Of a stretch of 64,000 nucleotides of DNA, positions 46,438 to 59,102 are shown in pieces (position 1 is the stretch's first letter; every line of letters begins with the position of its first letter). A program made the translations under genes and the position numbers. Under the pieces are notes generated by a model. That model did no database searches. It was not told the DNA's origin and saw only the letters and a list, made by a program, of their open reading frames with translations. This stretch comes from a virus: IMG/VR virus record IMGVR_UViG_3300029989_000006. The stretch is one strand, 5' to 3'.

Positions 46438-48309
46438 TTAATTAAGTACTTGTGCATTACCATTTACTGATTGTACTGCAGGTGTTGTATTTAAATTGTA
46501 TTGAACATCACTATTTTTAGTAGCTTTAACTGTTGGACCTCTTCCATTAAAACTATCTACAATAACATTAGAGGCAGGTCTATAAGGAATTGCAATCATC
46601 CCTTTATAATAATTACCAAATCAACCTTCATTTGGTTTTGTAGATTTAATTTTAGTTCCAATCTTTTCTGATCAAGTTTTATCTAGATCTGGCATAATTG
46701 CTTTCTCTTCATCTGAAGTTAACTTAGTTACTCAAGGATTATCTTTTCCTAAAGCAGTTCCATCATTTGTATAACCATAAAATACTAAAAATGGTTTAAT
46801 ATGACTATTATCCATAATTACTTTAGTATTTATTCCATTTTTAGTTTCTTCACCAATTTTGATATCAAAATTATGATCTTTAAAAAATCTAGTTGCTTCA
46901 CTAGTAGATCATTTATCCTTATTTGATTCATATGTAGCATAAATCTCTTTAAAGATTTTAAATGCATTATAATCAGGTCTTCCATTATCATCAACTGGCA
47001 TATAAACCTTTGCTGCATCTTTTCCATCATAAACCACATTTTTAAAATCATATGATTCTAATGATTTATTTCCAAAAGAAGCATTATCAAAATCTAAAAA
47101 TTGATTATAACCAATATTTGCTATATTTTGAACTGATGTCATAGGAATTGTTTCATCATTGGGTGTCATTAATGGAAATACTCCACCAATTGCTCCTTTA
47201 AGTAAAACTCCAAGTTTTGCATCATTAAAAGCAAATGTTAAATTCTTACTCATTAATTTATCATTATGAGACATCTGGAAATTATTCATTGGCTTATCAC
47301 TTTGACCTGAAGAACCATCACCAATTTTTACAGGTTTAACTTTTTCAGAATGTGAATCATTAGCACTATTACTAATCATATTCATTAACATAGATCCTGG
47401 TGTATCACCACTTAAAGCAGCTATTACGGATAGTTTATTTTGTGCCTTTTCACCCATAGCTTCCCAAATATATTTTAATCCCTTTTCAACTCTTCCTCTT
47501 TGTGAACTGTTATTCTGTTCAACGGATACATAATCACTATTTACATCTGTAAGTGAATTTAATTTTTGTAATTGTTCAAATTCTTCTTTTGTTGGAGTTG
47601 GACCTTTAATGTTTATTCTAGAAGCATTCATCTGATGTTGAATCTCATTCCATTGTGCTTTACTATAAACTTTATCAGATATTTCTGTATCAGTTCCAAA
47701 ATCCTTTACTAATTTAAGAACATCATCCTTAATTGTTTTTAAACTAACTGCATCATTTGCAACATTAAAAATATCATTTCTTCCAACTAAATTTGGATTT
47801 AATCTTCTTTCGTTTAATAAATCCTGAACTGTTAATAATTGTTGTGTATTTTTATTTTTTTGATAATCAGCTAAGGTAACTCCTTTAACTGTCCCCACTT
47901 TATCCTTAACAAATAATTCTCCTCTACTACCAACTGCAACTTCACTTAATGTACCTTGTTTTGAGGCTTCATTTACTGATTGTGTTCATGCATCTTTATT
48001 TTCTCTTAATGCATTTAAAGTTCCAATTAATTTTATAGAACTTAATCTATTTTTAGGTTGTAAATAAGGATTTGTTTCAGAACCTTCTAACTTTGCAAGT
48101 TCAGATGTAAATTGATTTACTTCATTCGTTAAACCAACATCTTTTTTTATCATTTCTTTATAAAGAGCATCATCTAAAATAGATGATCCAGAATTATCTG
48201 AATCATCTTTTTTAGAAGTTGTTGGCATTTGAGGAGTTGGACTTGAAGGTATATAAGGAGTAAAAGCTACAAATCCACCTCCTTGTTGCAGTTTTGGTAT
48301 AAATTTCAT
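46438..48309 (-). CDS. putative virion cargo protein (~623 aa, TGA=Trp)
   Basis: Fragments 48309 and 47898 in frame; translated through TGA to TAA at 46438; starts MKFIPKLQQGGG. Confidence 0.82.
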
Positions 48310-51300
48310 TATTTAAATACTTTTATTAGTGATTTTTGTAAAAGTTCATTATCTAAAAAAATAGATTTATAAAACATTTCCAATTCTTTTTGACTTTTTT
48401 CATGTTCATTTCTTATTTTTGCCAATTCTATTCTATTATCTTGTGACATACTTCCTCCTTTTTTATAATAAGGAGAATAAGATTGTACCACAGCCTGTTG
48501 TTTTAAAATAGGTGAAGTATATTGTTCCATTAATGTATTTCCATATTTTATTTTGTCTAATAAAGCTTTAGCATAAGCAGATTTTTCAAAAGTCATATTA
48601 GGATCAACATTTTTTGAACTTTTCATATCTTCTGTAAATTTATCACGATATAATTGTTCAATCTCAGGAGAAGATAATTTTGCTAAATATTTCTGCATAC
48701 TAATAAGATTTGGATCATTAATTTTCTGTCGTAAATCAAATGTAGCTTTTTTCTGTTGCCACATTGGTCAAGTCATTGCTTCTGATTTAAGTAAAGTATT
48801 TCTTGCAGTTGTGTCAGCCATAGTTTTATTTGCCATGACTAAAGACATATTTTTTTCAGCATTAGATGATGCAGATTTATTAGCATTTATAATTTGAAGA
48901 TTTCTCTGTCCAATTTGAGTATTCATAGATAATTCCTGTCCTTTTATAGCATCATTTCTTTGAATATCTGCTTGTTGTGCTCTTGATGTTATATCTGCAT
49001 TTTTAGCATTAGCTTGTAATCTTGCACTAATTCCTTTTCCTCAATCATTAGTATTTTCTGCAATGTTTTTACCAATATTATTATTAATTCTATTTTGTTG
49101 TTCTGCTATAATAGTATTTGGTGTACTAGTACGCATATAAACTAATGGACTTGTTTGTAATATTGGAAATTTAGATGCAGCAGTTAATTGATTCTTTAAA
49201 ATGTTTTTATTACCAACCATTGTATTTACAAATTGTGCTAAATTCACAAATCGTGTTGGATCAATGTATGGTTTTGATGTATATGGAATTTCTGCAGGAG
49301 GATTAAGTCCATCTGTATCTAATGTTGTAGTATTAGGTGCTGGTGTTGTTGGTGCAGATGTGTTAATATTAGCAACTTTAGGAGTCATAGGACTTGAAAT
49401 TAATCCAGATGAAACAGTAGGTTTCCCTATTAAATTTGAAACAAAATTATGTACTGTTCCAATTTTTTTATCAACCAATAAACGTTGAACATCAGAAGCA
49501 TTTTTTACTTGATAAGTTCCCTTATTAGCTAAAATTTGTTTATTTAAATCTGATCCATATTTATTAAATCAATTATCATCAATAGATTTTTGATAATCTA
49601 ACCAAGGTTTATTATATTCCTGAGTTTTTGAATCAAACCTAAAATCATTTCCAAATTGTTCCATAGTTCTGAATGGAATTTTTCCTGCATTTTGCATTTT
49701 TAATATTCCTCCTTCAGATTTTTTCTCTACTTTCTTTTTAGAAGTAACTTTATTAACTTTTTCCACTTTTTCTTTAGAAGTTTTTGGTTTAGTAGTTGTT
49801 TTAACAACTTCTTTTTCTTCAGTTGGATTTACAACTACTTTAGTTTTTTCTATTTCAGGAGTTTTTACTGGAAGCTTTTCTTTTAAACTTTGTAGTTTTT
49901 CCACAGCAGATTTTTCATCTGTCACAACTCCTTCACCTAAGTGTTTTCTAGCTAATTTATAATCATTAAAATCTGTGCCTCTATCTCCAGTAACTAATTT
50001 TGGTTCAGTTCCAAGAGTTCATTTTCCAGTAGATTGTCCATAACTATGAGTTAAATTCTTTGTATCAATTTGTGTTAACTCTTCTGGAGTTAAATCCCTT
50101 CCATGAGTTTCTTTATAAGCAGAACTTATTTTATTTTTTAAATTATTTAAACTTGCTTCAGCTTGTTCTTTAGTTGGCTCAGTACCTTTACCTATTAATG
50201 ATTTTCCTCTTTCAATTAAAGATTTAGATGGTTCAGCATCAGGTTTAATAATTCCTTTTACTTGTCCTGTATCAATAAGTTTTCCTTCAGAATCCAAAAG
50301 ATTAAAGGCAGTTTTATCATTTGTAACACTTGCTCTTTCAGCTTGGTTAGTAATAGCTTTCATTCTTCCAGCATTTGCTTTTAAAACATTTGCAAAAGAT
50401 ATACCCATTACTACTTTTTTCCAATCCTCAGGATTAGTATTTTTAACACCATCCTCTTTTCAATCTTTATAAATGTTAACTCCTCCAGAAATTGCCTGTT
50501 GTCCAGCAAATGCACCTAATCCATATTTTCCGGCTGTTGCAACTTTTGCAAAATTAGTTGTTGTAGCTTTTTTAGCTAAGTTTCCTAAAGTTTGACTGCC
50601 TATGATTTTAGTAGTTGCTCCTTTTAATGTCTCAGCTGCTGCAATATGAGAATCAAGTGCTTGTGAAGCTAATTTCATAGTTTCTTCAATTGGTTTTCCT
50701 TCACCAACTAATTTAGTAGCTAATTCAATTGCTTCAGCAGTAGGTTTTTCGGTTTTTAATAATGCAGATGCTCCTTTAGCTTCTTCTAAGGTATTAAAAC
50801 CTGCTTTTGTTAAAGTACCAACGGCCTCTAATTCTTTAGTTCCTTCTATACCTTTACTAATTGCTTCAGCTGTTTTTGTAAGTTTAGCAATCTTAGTTGC
50901 ATCCATTCCTACTTGTCCAGCTTTTATTAAGGATTTAACTCCACCTAATCCGAAGAATGATAATGCCACAAAAGCAGCATCTAGACCTAAATCTAATTTA
51001 TGATTTAATAAACCATTTGCTCCTTCTTCATGTAAAATCTTACCAATATCTGCTCCCATGACAACTCCTGCTCCAATAGAACCTGTTGGTCCTGGAACAA
51101 ATGATGCACCTAATCCTGCAATACCTGCAACATCATAAGCGGTACTTGTAGTATCTTGTCCTGCAAATGTTCTTGCATCTGTTTTATTTACAACTGAAGA
51201 TGGTTCTCCTTTAAGTATTTCTGCTAAAGTATTTTCAGGATTTTCCTGAGATGGTACTACATTCTCTCCTACTACTGGAAGTACTGTTGCTATTGGATGT

Positions 51301-52133
51301 GCTAAATCATACTCTCCTTGAATTTGTTTTTTTCTTTCGTCAGATAATAAAAATCCATTAGGATTAGAACCTGTTCTATTTAATACATCAACTAAACTAT
51401 TTCATGTATTATCATCAATTGGTTTAGTAAAATCAATTTTATCAGTTATAGCTTTTATAGCTTGAGCATGTTCAGTTCCTGTAAATTTATCAATTCCTTT
51501 ATTTGTTTCATAATCTTTTAAATAATCCTCAGCATTTTCTTTAGAATATTTAGCAACTTTTTGTTTGATTACATCATCAGTTGTTCATGATTTTAATGCT
51601 GTATCACGAGATGCATCATTACCACCAAAAACAGTCCCTGTCATATAATCCTCTAAAGATCTAAAAGATTTATCTAATGCATATCTTGGAATAGTTACCT
51701 GAGGATTTACATTTTGTGATGATGTTTTTCAATCATTATATATTGATGCAACTAAAGAATTATATTTCTTTCTTGTAGAATTTTCTTCACCATAATTACT
51801 TCTATCAGGATTGCCAGTATAGGATCCAAATAAATTTTTATTAATTGCATCTCTACTTCCACCTCATTCTGCTTTTTGTAATTCTGGATCAGTTATTTTG
51901 GAACTATCAATACTATATTCGTGTTTAACAGGATCATAAGCATATATATCATTAAAATTACTTAGTTGTGATAATTTTAAGAACTGAGCAGCGGTGTCTC
52001 TAGCTTCTCTTTCACCTTTACTAGTAAAATTTGTACTATCTAATCGTTTTGTCAGATAATCTGCAAAACTTTGTCCTTGTGAAGATATTCCTTCAGTTCA
52101 TCCACCCGCTTTTAATTTTTTGACTAGTGCCAT
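48309..52133 (-). CDS. putative virion cargo/ejection protein (~1274 aa, TGA=Trp) with transmembrane-like segments
   Basis: ATG 52133 MALVKKLKAGG[TGA]; fragments 51059, 50408, 49925, 49478, 48764 in the same frame; hydrophobic LGLDAAFVALSFFGLGGV. Confidence 0.82.
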
Positions 52134-52159
52134 GTTTTTACGATTTTTAAATTAAACAA

Positions 52160-52192
52160 TAAAAGGGAGACAGATCTCCCTGCTTCCCTTTT
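52160..52192 (-). terminator. Rho-independent terminator (imperfect stem)
   Basis: Minus strand AAAAGGGAAGCAG-GGAGAT-CTGTCTCCCTTTTATT after the TAG at 52201. Confidence 0.7.
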
Positions 52193-52200
52193 AAGGTAGG

Positions 52201-52482
52201 CTATCGTCTGCCTATTAATACTAACTTACCTCCTTGACGTTGATAGGTTGGCTGTCCCTGGGCTTCTTGACCTTGTTGACCTTGTTGAGCAGCTCCTTGT
52301 AATAGTTGCATAATCATCTGTGCCAAAGCTGCAGCAGCCTCTGGTCCTAACTGTTGAACAATTTGTGTAGCCATTTGAGCTAATTGTTCTTGTGGATTAC
52401 CTTGTCCACCTTGTCCACCTTGTGCTCCTTGTTCTGAAGCTGCAGGTGCTTCTCCACCTACTTGAAATTTTCTTACTTTCAT
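52201..52482 (-). CDS. small Gln/Gly/Ala-rich protein, putative virion protein
   Basis: 93 aa, no Trp; KFQVGG and YQRQGG motifs at the two ends. Confidence 0.8.
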   Translation of the reverse strand: MKVRKFQVGGEAPAASEQGAQGGQGGQGNPQEQLAQMATQIVQQLGPEAAAALAQMIMQLLQGAAQQGQQGQEAQGQPTYQRQGGKLVLIGRR

Positions 52483-52487
52483 TTTAA

Positions 52488-53081
52488 TTACTGATTTTTT
52501 GATTGTACATACTCAGGGTTATTAGTTTCCTGAACTTTTAAAAATTTAAATACTCTCTTTCCTAGATTCTTATAATCATTCTCATTATTCGTCGTTGCAG
52601 CTTTCTTTGCAAACTTAATTAATATCTTTGTATTAGCCCGAGAAAAAATTCTCTCTTCACCTTCTAATTCCATTTGAATTTCTCCACCTGAATTTAACAC
52701 TAACATTTTATCTGGTTTAAGTTGTTTATGTTTTGGTTGAAACTCTAATTCATCTCCCACTTTAATACCAGAATTTTCATTAACTTCTAGTACATAATAT
52801 GCATCTTGTTCTGTAAGGAGTTCTTCTGATAATGGTACTCCATGTTGAACAGAGAGTACATTTAATTCATCACTTATAAAAACAATATCTAATGGAATTT
52901 TAGTATCTTTCATTCATATTCCATTTCCTTCCATCATATCATCTTCTGAAAAAAGAAATAACATTCCTTCATCAGGAGCCAATTCAGTTTTTTCTTGTAA
53001 TCCTTGCTCTTTATCTTCATCAGTTTGAGCAAGTTCTACTTTATAATATTTTCCCCCAATTAAAATATTTACTTTTTCCAT
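52488..53081 (-). CDS. DUF192-domain protein with extra C-terminal domain (197 aa, TGA=Trp)
   Basis: VELAQT..QGL..EGMLFLF..I[TGA]MKDTKIPLDIVFI..YVLEV matches the DUF192 WMKNT.IPLD motif; TGA at 52914-52916. Confidence 0.9.
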
Positions 53082-53320
53082 TCTGATAAAATATTTGAAA
53101 TAACTTCTTTATAGTTCTGTACTAATACCCCGCCTTCTTTATGTTTTCATTTTTTTGCATTTTGTGCAAAAATTGCTCTTTTTCTTGTAAGAGAATTACT
53201 ACTGTGTGTAAGAGTTTCTGTAGATTTACCTGTTCTTTCCTTTAAGGCAGTAAATTTTCCCTTATTTGCAGGATTAATATGTATACTTGTTCCTTCTTTA
53301 GCTTTTATTATATATTTCAT
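53069..53320 (-). CDS. small basic phage protein (83 aa, TGA=Trp), absent from the ORF track
   Basis: MKYIIKAKEGTSIHINPANKGKFT...RKRAIFAQNAKK[TGA]KHKEGG...WKK-TAA; TGA at 53147-53149. Confidence 0.85.
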
Positions 53321-53321
53321 A

Positions 53322-54674
53322 TTATATAGTATTAATAAGATTTGTATTATCCTGAGTATTCTCTAATAGTTCTTCTGTAACAAATTTACCACATTCAATA
53401 CAAATTTGATCTTTTTCTTTTGGATCTTCTGTATCATTAAACTGTGTAAAAAATTCTTCCATTTTATCGGTTGCTTCTTTGTGAAATATAATCTCATTCT
53501 TTTCAATTTCAGCATGTTGCTCTATTTTACCATCTTCCACTGTAATCACTGGAATTCCCTTATTTGTAACTGCACTTCCTAAATCTCCATCATAATGATT
53601 TAAATTTTTATGTAATGCACCTTCGGGAATTACATTCATTTTTCCACCAATAGCATATTTAATAACCTCACCATCCATTGCTTGTCCTTCTTGAGCTTTA
53701 AATATTTTTTTCTTAACCTTATTCTTAAGATTTCTTAATTTTGCAGGATTAATCTTTGTTCCTAATTTTCCTGAGACAATTTGATTTTTATATGAATTGT
53801 TTAATCCAGAAGTTAATGCCTGTCTATTTTTTGAATTGATATCTTGCATAGAATTCATACCTGCTAAGGTATTATTTTTATCTAAATCAATTGCATTAGA
53901 TTTTAAAGCATTAGTTGTATTTATTTTTTCTATAGCAGCTCTTTTATTTGCTAATAATCCTTTTTTATTTCCAAATAATTTACTTATAAAATTAGTTACT
54001 CCCCCAATTTCTGTTGAAGCAATAGTTCTCTCTGCACTATATCCTTTTGTAACTTTAGCAGCTAAATCTGTATCAGAACCTTCTACTTTAGTTTTTGCTA
54101 CTGCATTTAAAATTTTTAAAGGCAATAATGCAGTACTTCCTAAAGTTGAATTCATAATTTTATCACCGGTATTACTTGCATTATTAATTCCACCACCTAT
54201 AGCATTAATACCTTTGTTTAATAATCCTGCAGCTTTCATTGTTCCACCAATAATAGTTCCATAACCTGGAATTGCTGATGCAGCATTTGCTGCCATATCT
54301 CATCCTGCATCAATTCCACCTGTTAATGGATCATCTTGAGTTTTATCTGGAATCAATGAGGATAATAAATTGATTCCTTGTCCTACCAATGCTCCTTTTT
54401 GTTCTTTACCTATTCCTTTTCAAGAACTTTGTAAAGTACTCCCAAGACTCTTTTCAGTATTAGTTTCCCCATATTGATTTTTTTCTCATTGGGTAGAACC
54501 TATTGCAGGTGTTGGTATAAATTTTTGTATCATTTGGTTAAATGAATTTTCTTTAGAGAAATTTTGAAATATTCCAGGAATTCTATTTATTTTAGAATTA
54601 CCTGGAGTATTAAAATTAAGAACTGAATCAGAAGGAAATTCCTCTCATTTTCCTGTATATTGGTTAATTGGCAT
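53322..54674 (-). CDS. putative virion protein (~450 aa, TGA=Trp)
   Basis: ATG 54674 MPINQYTGK[TGA], in frame with the 54296 fragment; Gly/Ala-rich middle; C-terminal NVIPEGALH..GIPV..AEIEKNEIIF. Confidence 0.82.
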
Positions 54675-54685
54675 CGTAGTTAATT

Positions 54686-57600
54686 TTATGCATAACTAAT
54701 TGTAAATAAAGTTCTTAAGGCATTAATAATAGAATGTTTCTTTCCATCATATTTTACTCTTATTTTTATATATTTGTCTCTTATTCTCATTTCACTGATT
54801 TTTGAAAATCTTATTTCACCATCTTTTAAATAAGCATATCTTATTTTAATTGGCTGAATTTGTATATCTCAGGAATCTTCTACATAATGCATATTACCCT
54901 TAGTTCTACCATAATTTACAAAATCCTTTCCATCTTGATTTGATAAAACTCTATCTTCTCCATTTCATGTATCATTTACTAATACAGTATCAGAAGTAAA
55001 ATCTTCTCAAGCAATTGTGTCTAATAGACTTACTGTTTTATCTTTAAGAACAAACGGTAATTTTAAAAATTTAAATGTTGAATAATCGGATGGATTAATT
55101 CAAGTTGGGACTGGAAATTCTGGATGATCTATTAAAATTTGTGAAATAAAGTTAGATAATAAATATCTATACCCATTTAAAACTTTATCTAAAGATGATT
55201 GATATAATACAGTATTAATCTTATATGAACCATTTGATTCTAATGTATAAATAAAATCATCTTTTAATACTGGTGTATAAATTCCATCAATACTTGTAAT
55301 ACTATAATTATAAAGAGGTTCATCATTTAATCAACTAATAACTTCTTTATAAGAATGTCAATCATATCCTTCTCCTACAATTTCAAAATTAAAAGAATCT
55401 GGTTTTGATTTATTTGAAATAATTTTTAAATTATCAAATATTTTCTGAACTCCAGGAACTGCAGCCACAACAAATTCAAATTCGAATGGATGTTGTTCTT
55501 CATATCATACTGTATGTTTTATATTTGCAACCTCATCGGCAGTTCCTGCAAATCCATGTTTATATAATTTATTCTCTCCCTTTGAATGAATTTTAGTATT
55601 TGCAAAAGTATAAAAAATATTATTAATATTTTCCGAAAATTCCGGAAATCATGTATTTCTAGTTACTCAATGGTTTAAAAGCTCATTTCAACATAAATGT
55701 CATTGTTGTTTATTATAACTAAAAACAAATAATACATCTTGCTTAAAGGCATTATAATGAGATTTAATACTATAATTTTCAGGTTTATTTAAAACATCTG
55801 TAACTCTTAAATTTATATTATCATTTAAAAATTTCTGAATTTTCATATCTGAAATAGTTTCAAACTTATTTCCATTGGTTCTTCAAATTCTTTTACCAAT
55901 AGTATCTAAACCATAAATATATTTAGGTGTAAAAACTATTGAATTAGCTCAAGTTGTTCCAAAAGTATTAGATAATACCTTTGGATTTTTTGGTAATACA
56001 GTTTCAGTATTAATATAAACATTTTCACCCTGAGCATTCATCATCATAGCACGTTCATTAACTGGAATCATTAAAACCCCATGTTCCATAACTGCTATCA
56101 ATGTTCCATACCATTCTACTAAAGAAACTAGGGCACCATACTCCATTGTATAGTCTTGAAAATTCTGAGCCTTAAATACTCTATTGCCATTTTTAAATGC
56201 ACCTTCTCTAAGTAATTCTGAATAGTAAATTCTATTTGTAAAATTAGTTTTAATAAATGGAACATCTGGAATTTCAAAGTAATATCTATCTGATAATGAA
56301 TGATTTATTCCATTGTTCATAACAGTAGACTCTGGTAATTTATTAGTAATTTTTGCTTCTTGTAATGGATGAAAACTGCGTTTCATTTTATGTATTGCCT
56401 CTTCTTGTGGTCTAGAAAAATCAATATCTCTCATTGCAAGATTTATATTGCTACAAATTTTAAATGTTACTCAATGTCCTAAACCTACTGCATTTACATC
56501 TGGTCTATTAATCTTTTCAGAACCAAATGTTCCATTAGCTTCTGAATATTTTTTGAATTTTTTACCATCTGGTAAACATAATCAGCTTAATGCAACCGAA
56601 CCATCAGTTTTCTCATCAAGTCCACCATATGTAAATAAAGATAATAATTTTTTATATTCAAATTCAGTTCCTCCTGGTAAAGTACTTATTTCACCAGTAC
56701 TATCTCCATTATTTGCCCTAATTAATCCCTGCAAAGCTCCCCCATTATTTATTGATATATGTTTAGAAGTTCTAACTTTAAAGTTCTTATATCAAGTATA
56801 AGGATCAACTATTTGATTATTTGTTGGTAATTCTGGATCTATAAAATTTCATAAGACTCTATGTGTATATGTGCTTATAAAACAATCCCCTCTATAATGA
56901 GTTGGAGATCCTCATTGCCCAATTTTATCTCATGTTAGTCTGTCACCAATTGCCATGAATGGAGAAGAATCATTATATCTAATTCTAAAATAATTTTTTC
57001 AATTACTGAAATCATAATCTTTTTGAAATATATTATAATGTTGTCCAAAGATAAGATTATTTGCACTACTTCCAAGAAAAGTATTAAATCCTCCTCTTAT
57101 TTTTGTTGTACTATCTGATCATGTATTTTCTGATGCAGTTGTTTTATCTAATGAATTAATATTACCTAAAATTGGATCTTCAAATTTTCAAGCAATTGTT
57201 GGATCACCAGCTTTAGAACAAAATTTACTATTATCACCATTATTAATCAATTCAATTTCTGGTTCAACTAATAATAAATTTGTTGTAATAGTATCAGATG
57301 AAATGACATTATCCTTAATTAAATCTCCTAAGTTAAATAATGTTTGAGTATTTGCTCCATCATTAAAAATCTTTCCACCAGAACTATATTTAAACTTCTT
57401 TAAAATAAATTCTGAGGAATTAAAATAATTATTAAATATATCAGTTCTTACACAAGCCTCTGGACATAATAAGGCATTATTCTGTATATCTACAGGTTGT
57501 ACCTCAAATAAACTCCTTCCTAAAATTGGATAATTATGTAAATCTTTCTTTAAAAATGATTCTGAGAAAAATTTTCTTTGATTAGTTCCATTATTATTAT

Positions 57601-59092
57601 ATTGTCCAAAAATAATAGGAGTATATGATTTCTTAGTTGTTGCAATTCCAACTGCTTGTGTCAATAACGTAGGAATTCTTTTTTGCCTAACAAAGAAAAA
57701 TCCTTTAGTTAAATCCCTTAATCCATAAGCCCCAGTAATTTTATTTTGATTTACTATATCATCCTGAAATTTAAATTTAAGTCCTATTGGTTTAATACTG
57801 TCTGCTCCATTAAAAACACTTTGATCTGAATTAATTTTAAAAACTCCTTTAATATTTTCTAAATTTCCATCAATTCTTGAATTAGATTTTTCTAAAATAA
57901 AATCCTCACCAAAATTTAATTCATCCCCTCTCTCATAGTTATCAAATACAGTTATACTTGTAAGTTCTTTAATACCTCTTATATTGAATACTGGAGATAA
58001 TGTATAATCTGGTAAAATATAAATAATTCCAAAACGATATATATCTTCATCTCAATAACCTAATTTATAATAAATATTTTTTGTATTATAATATTCATAA
58101 CCAATATCAGGATTATTTTCTGTATAAGAAGCACTTAAGTTTCCAATAGTTTCATCATATGACAATTCTGGAGTAATAAACAAACTATATTTTTCTAAAA
58201 TTTTAAATAGTTCATAACTTTTAGTAATATTTCCAACAAAAGTTAAATTTTGACAATTTGTATTAGTCTCTGCTGAATCAAAATTAGCATATTGAATATT
58301 TATTTCAGAATTATCTATTTCAACATGATTTTCAAAACCTGTAATAGTCAATTCTGTAGAAATTCCTCTGATTTTAAATTTATCAGTAATTTTATAACTT
58401 TTTAATTGATCTATTAAATTATTTCCTGAATGTTTAGTATAATAAATATTAATATAATCATAGGCTAAATCAAGATTATTAATTTGGAATTTAATAACTT
58501 TATCACTAACTTCATCCATTTGTCCTCCTCTTATAGAAGATGGATGATTTACTGCCCCAATATGACAAACAACTTTACCTGATTCAGATATAAAATCTGA
58601 TTCATTTCCATCACTGTCAGCTAATTTAAAATAAAAATTATAACTCCCCACTGGTAAATTACCTCCACTTTCAATACCTTTAAAATCTAATGTTATTATT
58701 GATCTAACAGTTTTAACTAATCCTGCTTCAATTTTGAAATTTTCTTCAGTATATATATTGGTATCTAAATTTCCTTTTCTATCCCCAATTTTATAAGTAT
58801 TTGAATCTACTAAATAAAATCTAGAATTTATTATCTTTAATGGATTCTTTTTATCATTAATTATTAAATTTACTGAATCATCATATGAAGGTTCTGTATC
58901 TATAATTAAAGGTGAGTTAATATCAATACCTGCAGAGAATGCATTTAAAGATAAACTTACTAAGTCTATGGTTCCATCAGTTGTTAAAACCTTTAAATTT
59001 TGTAAAGGTTTATATTGATATAGTAATTTTCCATCTTCAGGAAAAGCATGTATCGTATTATTTATTTGTATTGATATTAATGGTAAACTCAT
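54686..59092 (-). CDS. large tail protein (~1468 aa, TGA=Trp), tail stabilization/muzzle-like
   Basis: Fragments 59092, 57664, 56434 share one frame; C-terminus RIRDKYIKIRVKYDG..TLFTISYA-TAA; position in the tail module. Confidence 0.75.
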
Positions 59093-59102
59093 TATTTATA
59101 AT

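Noticed and set aside
20719-56801. Plus-strand ORFs in the late region (e.g. 20719, 21236, 41693, 49201, 53797, 56448)
   Set aside because: Antisense shadows of the long minus-strand genes with no recognisable motifs.
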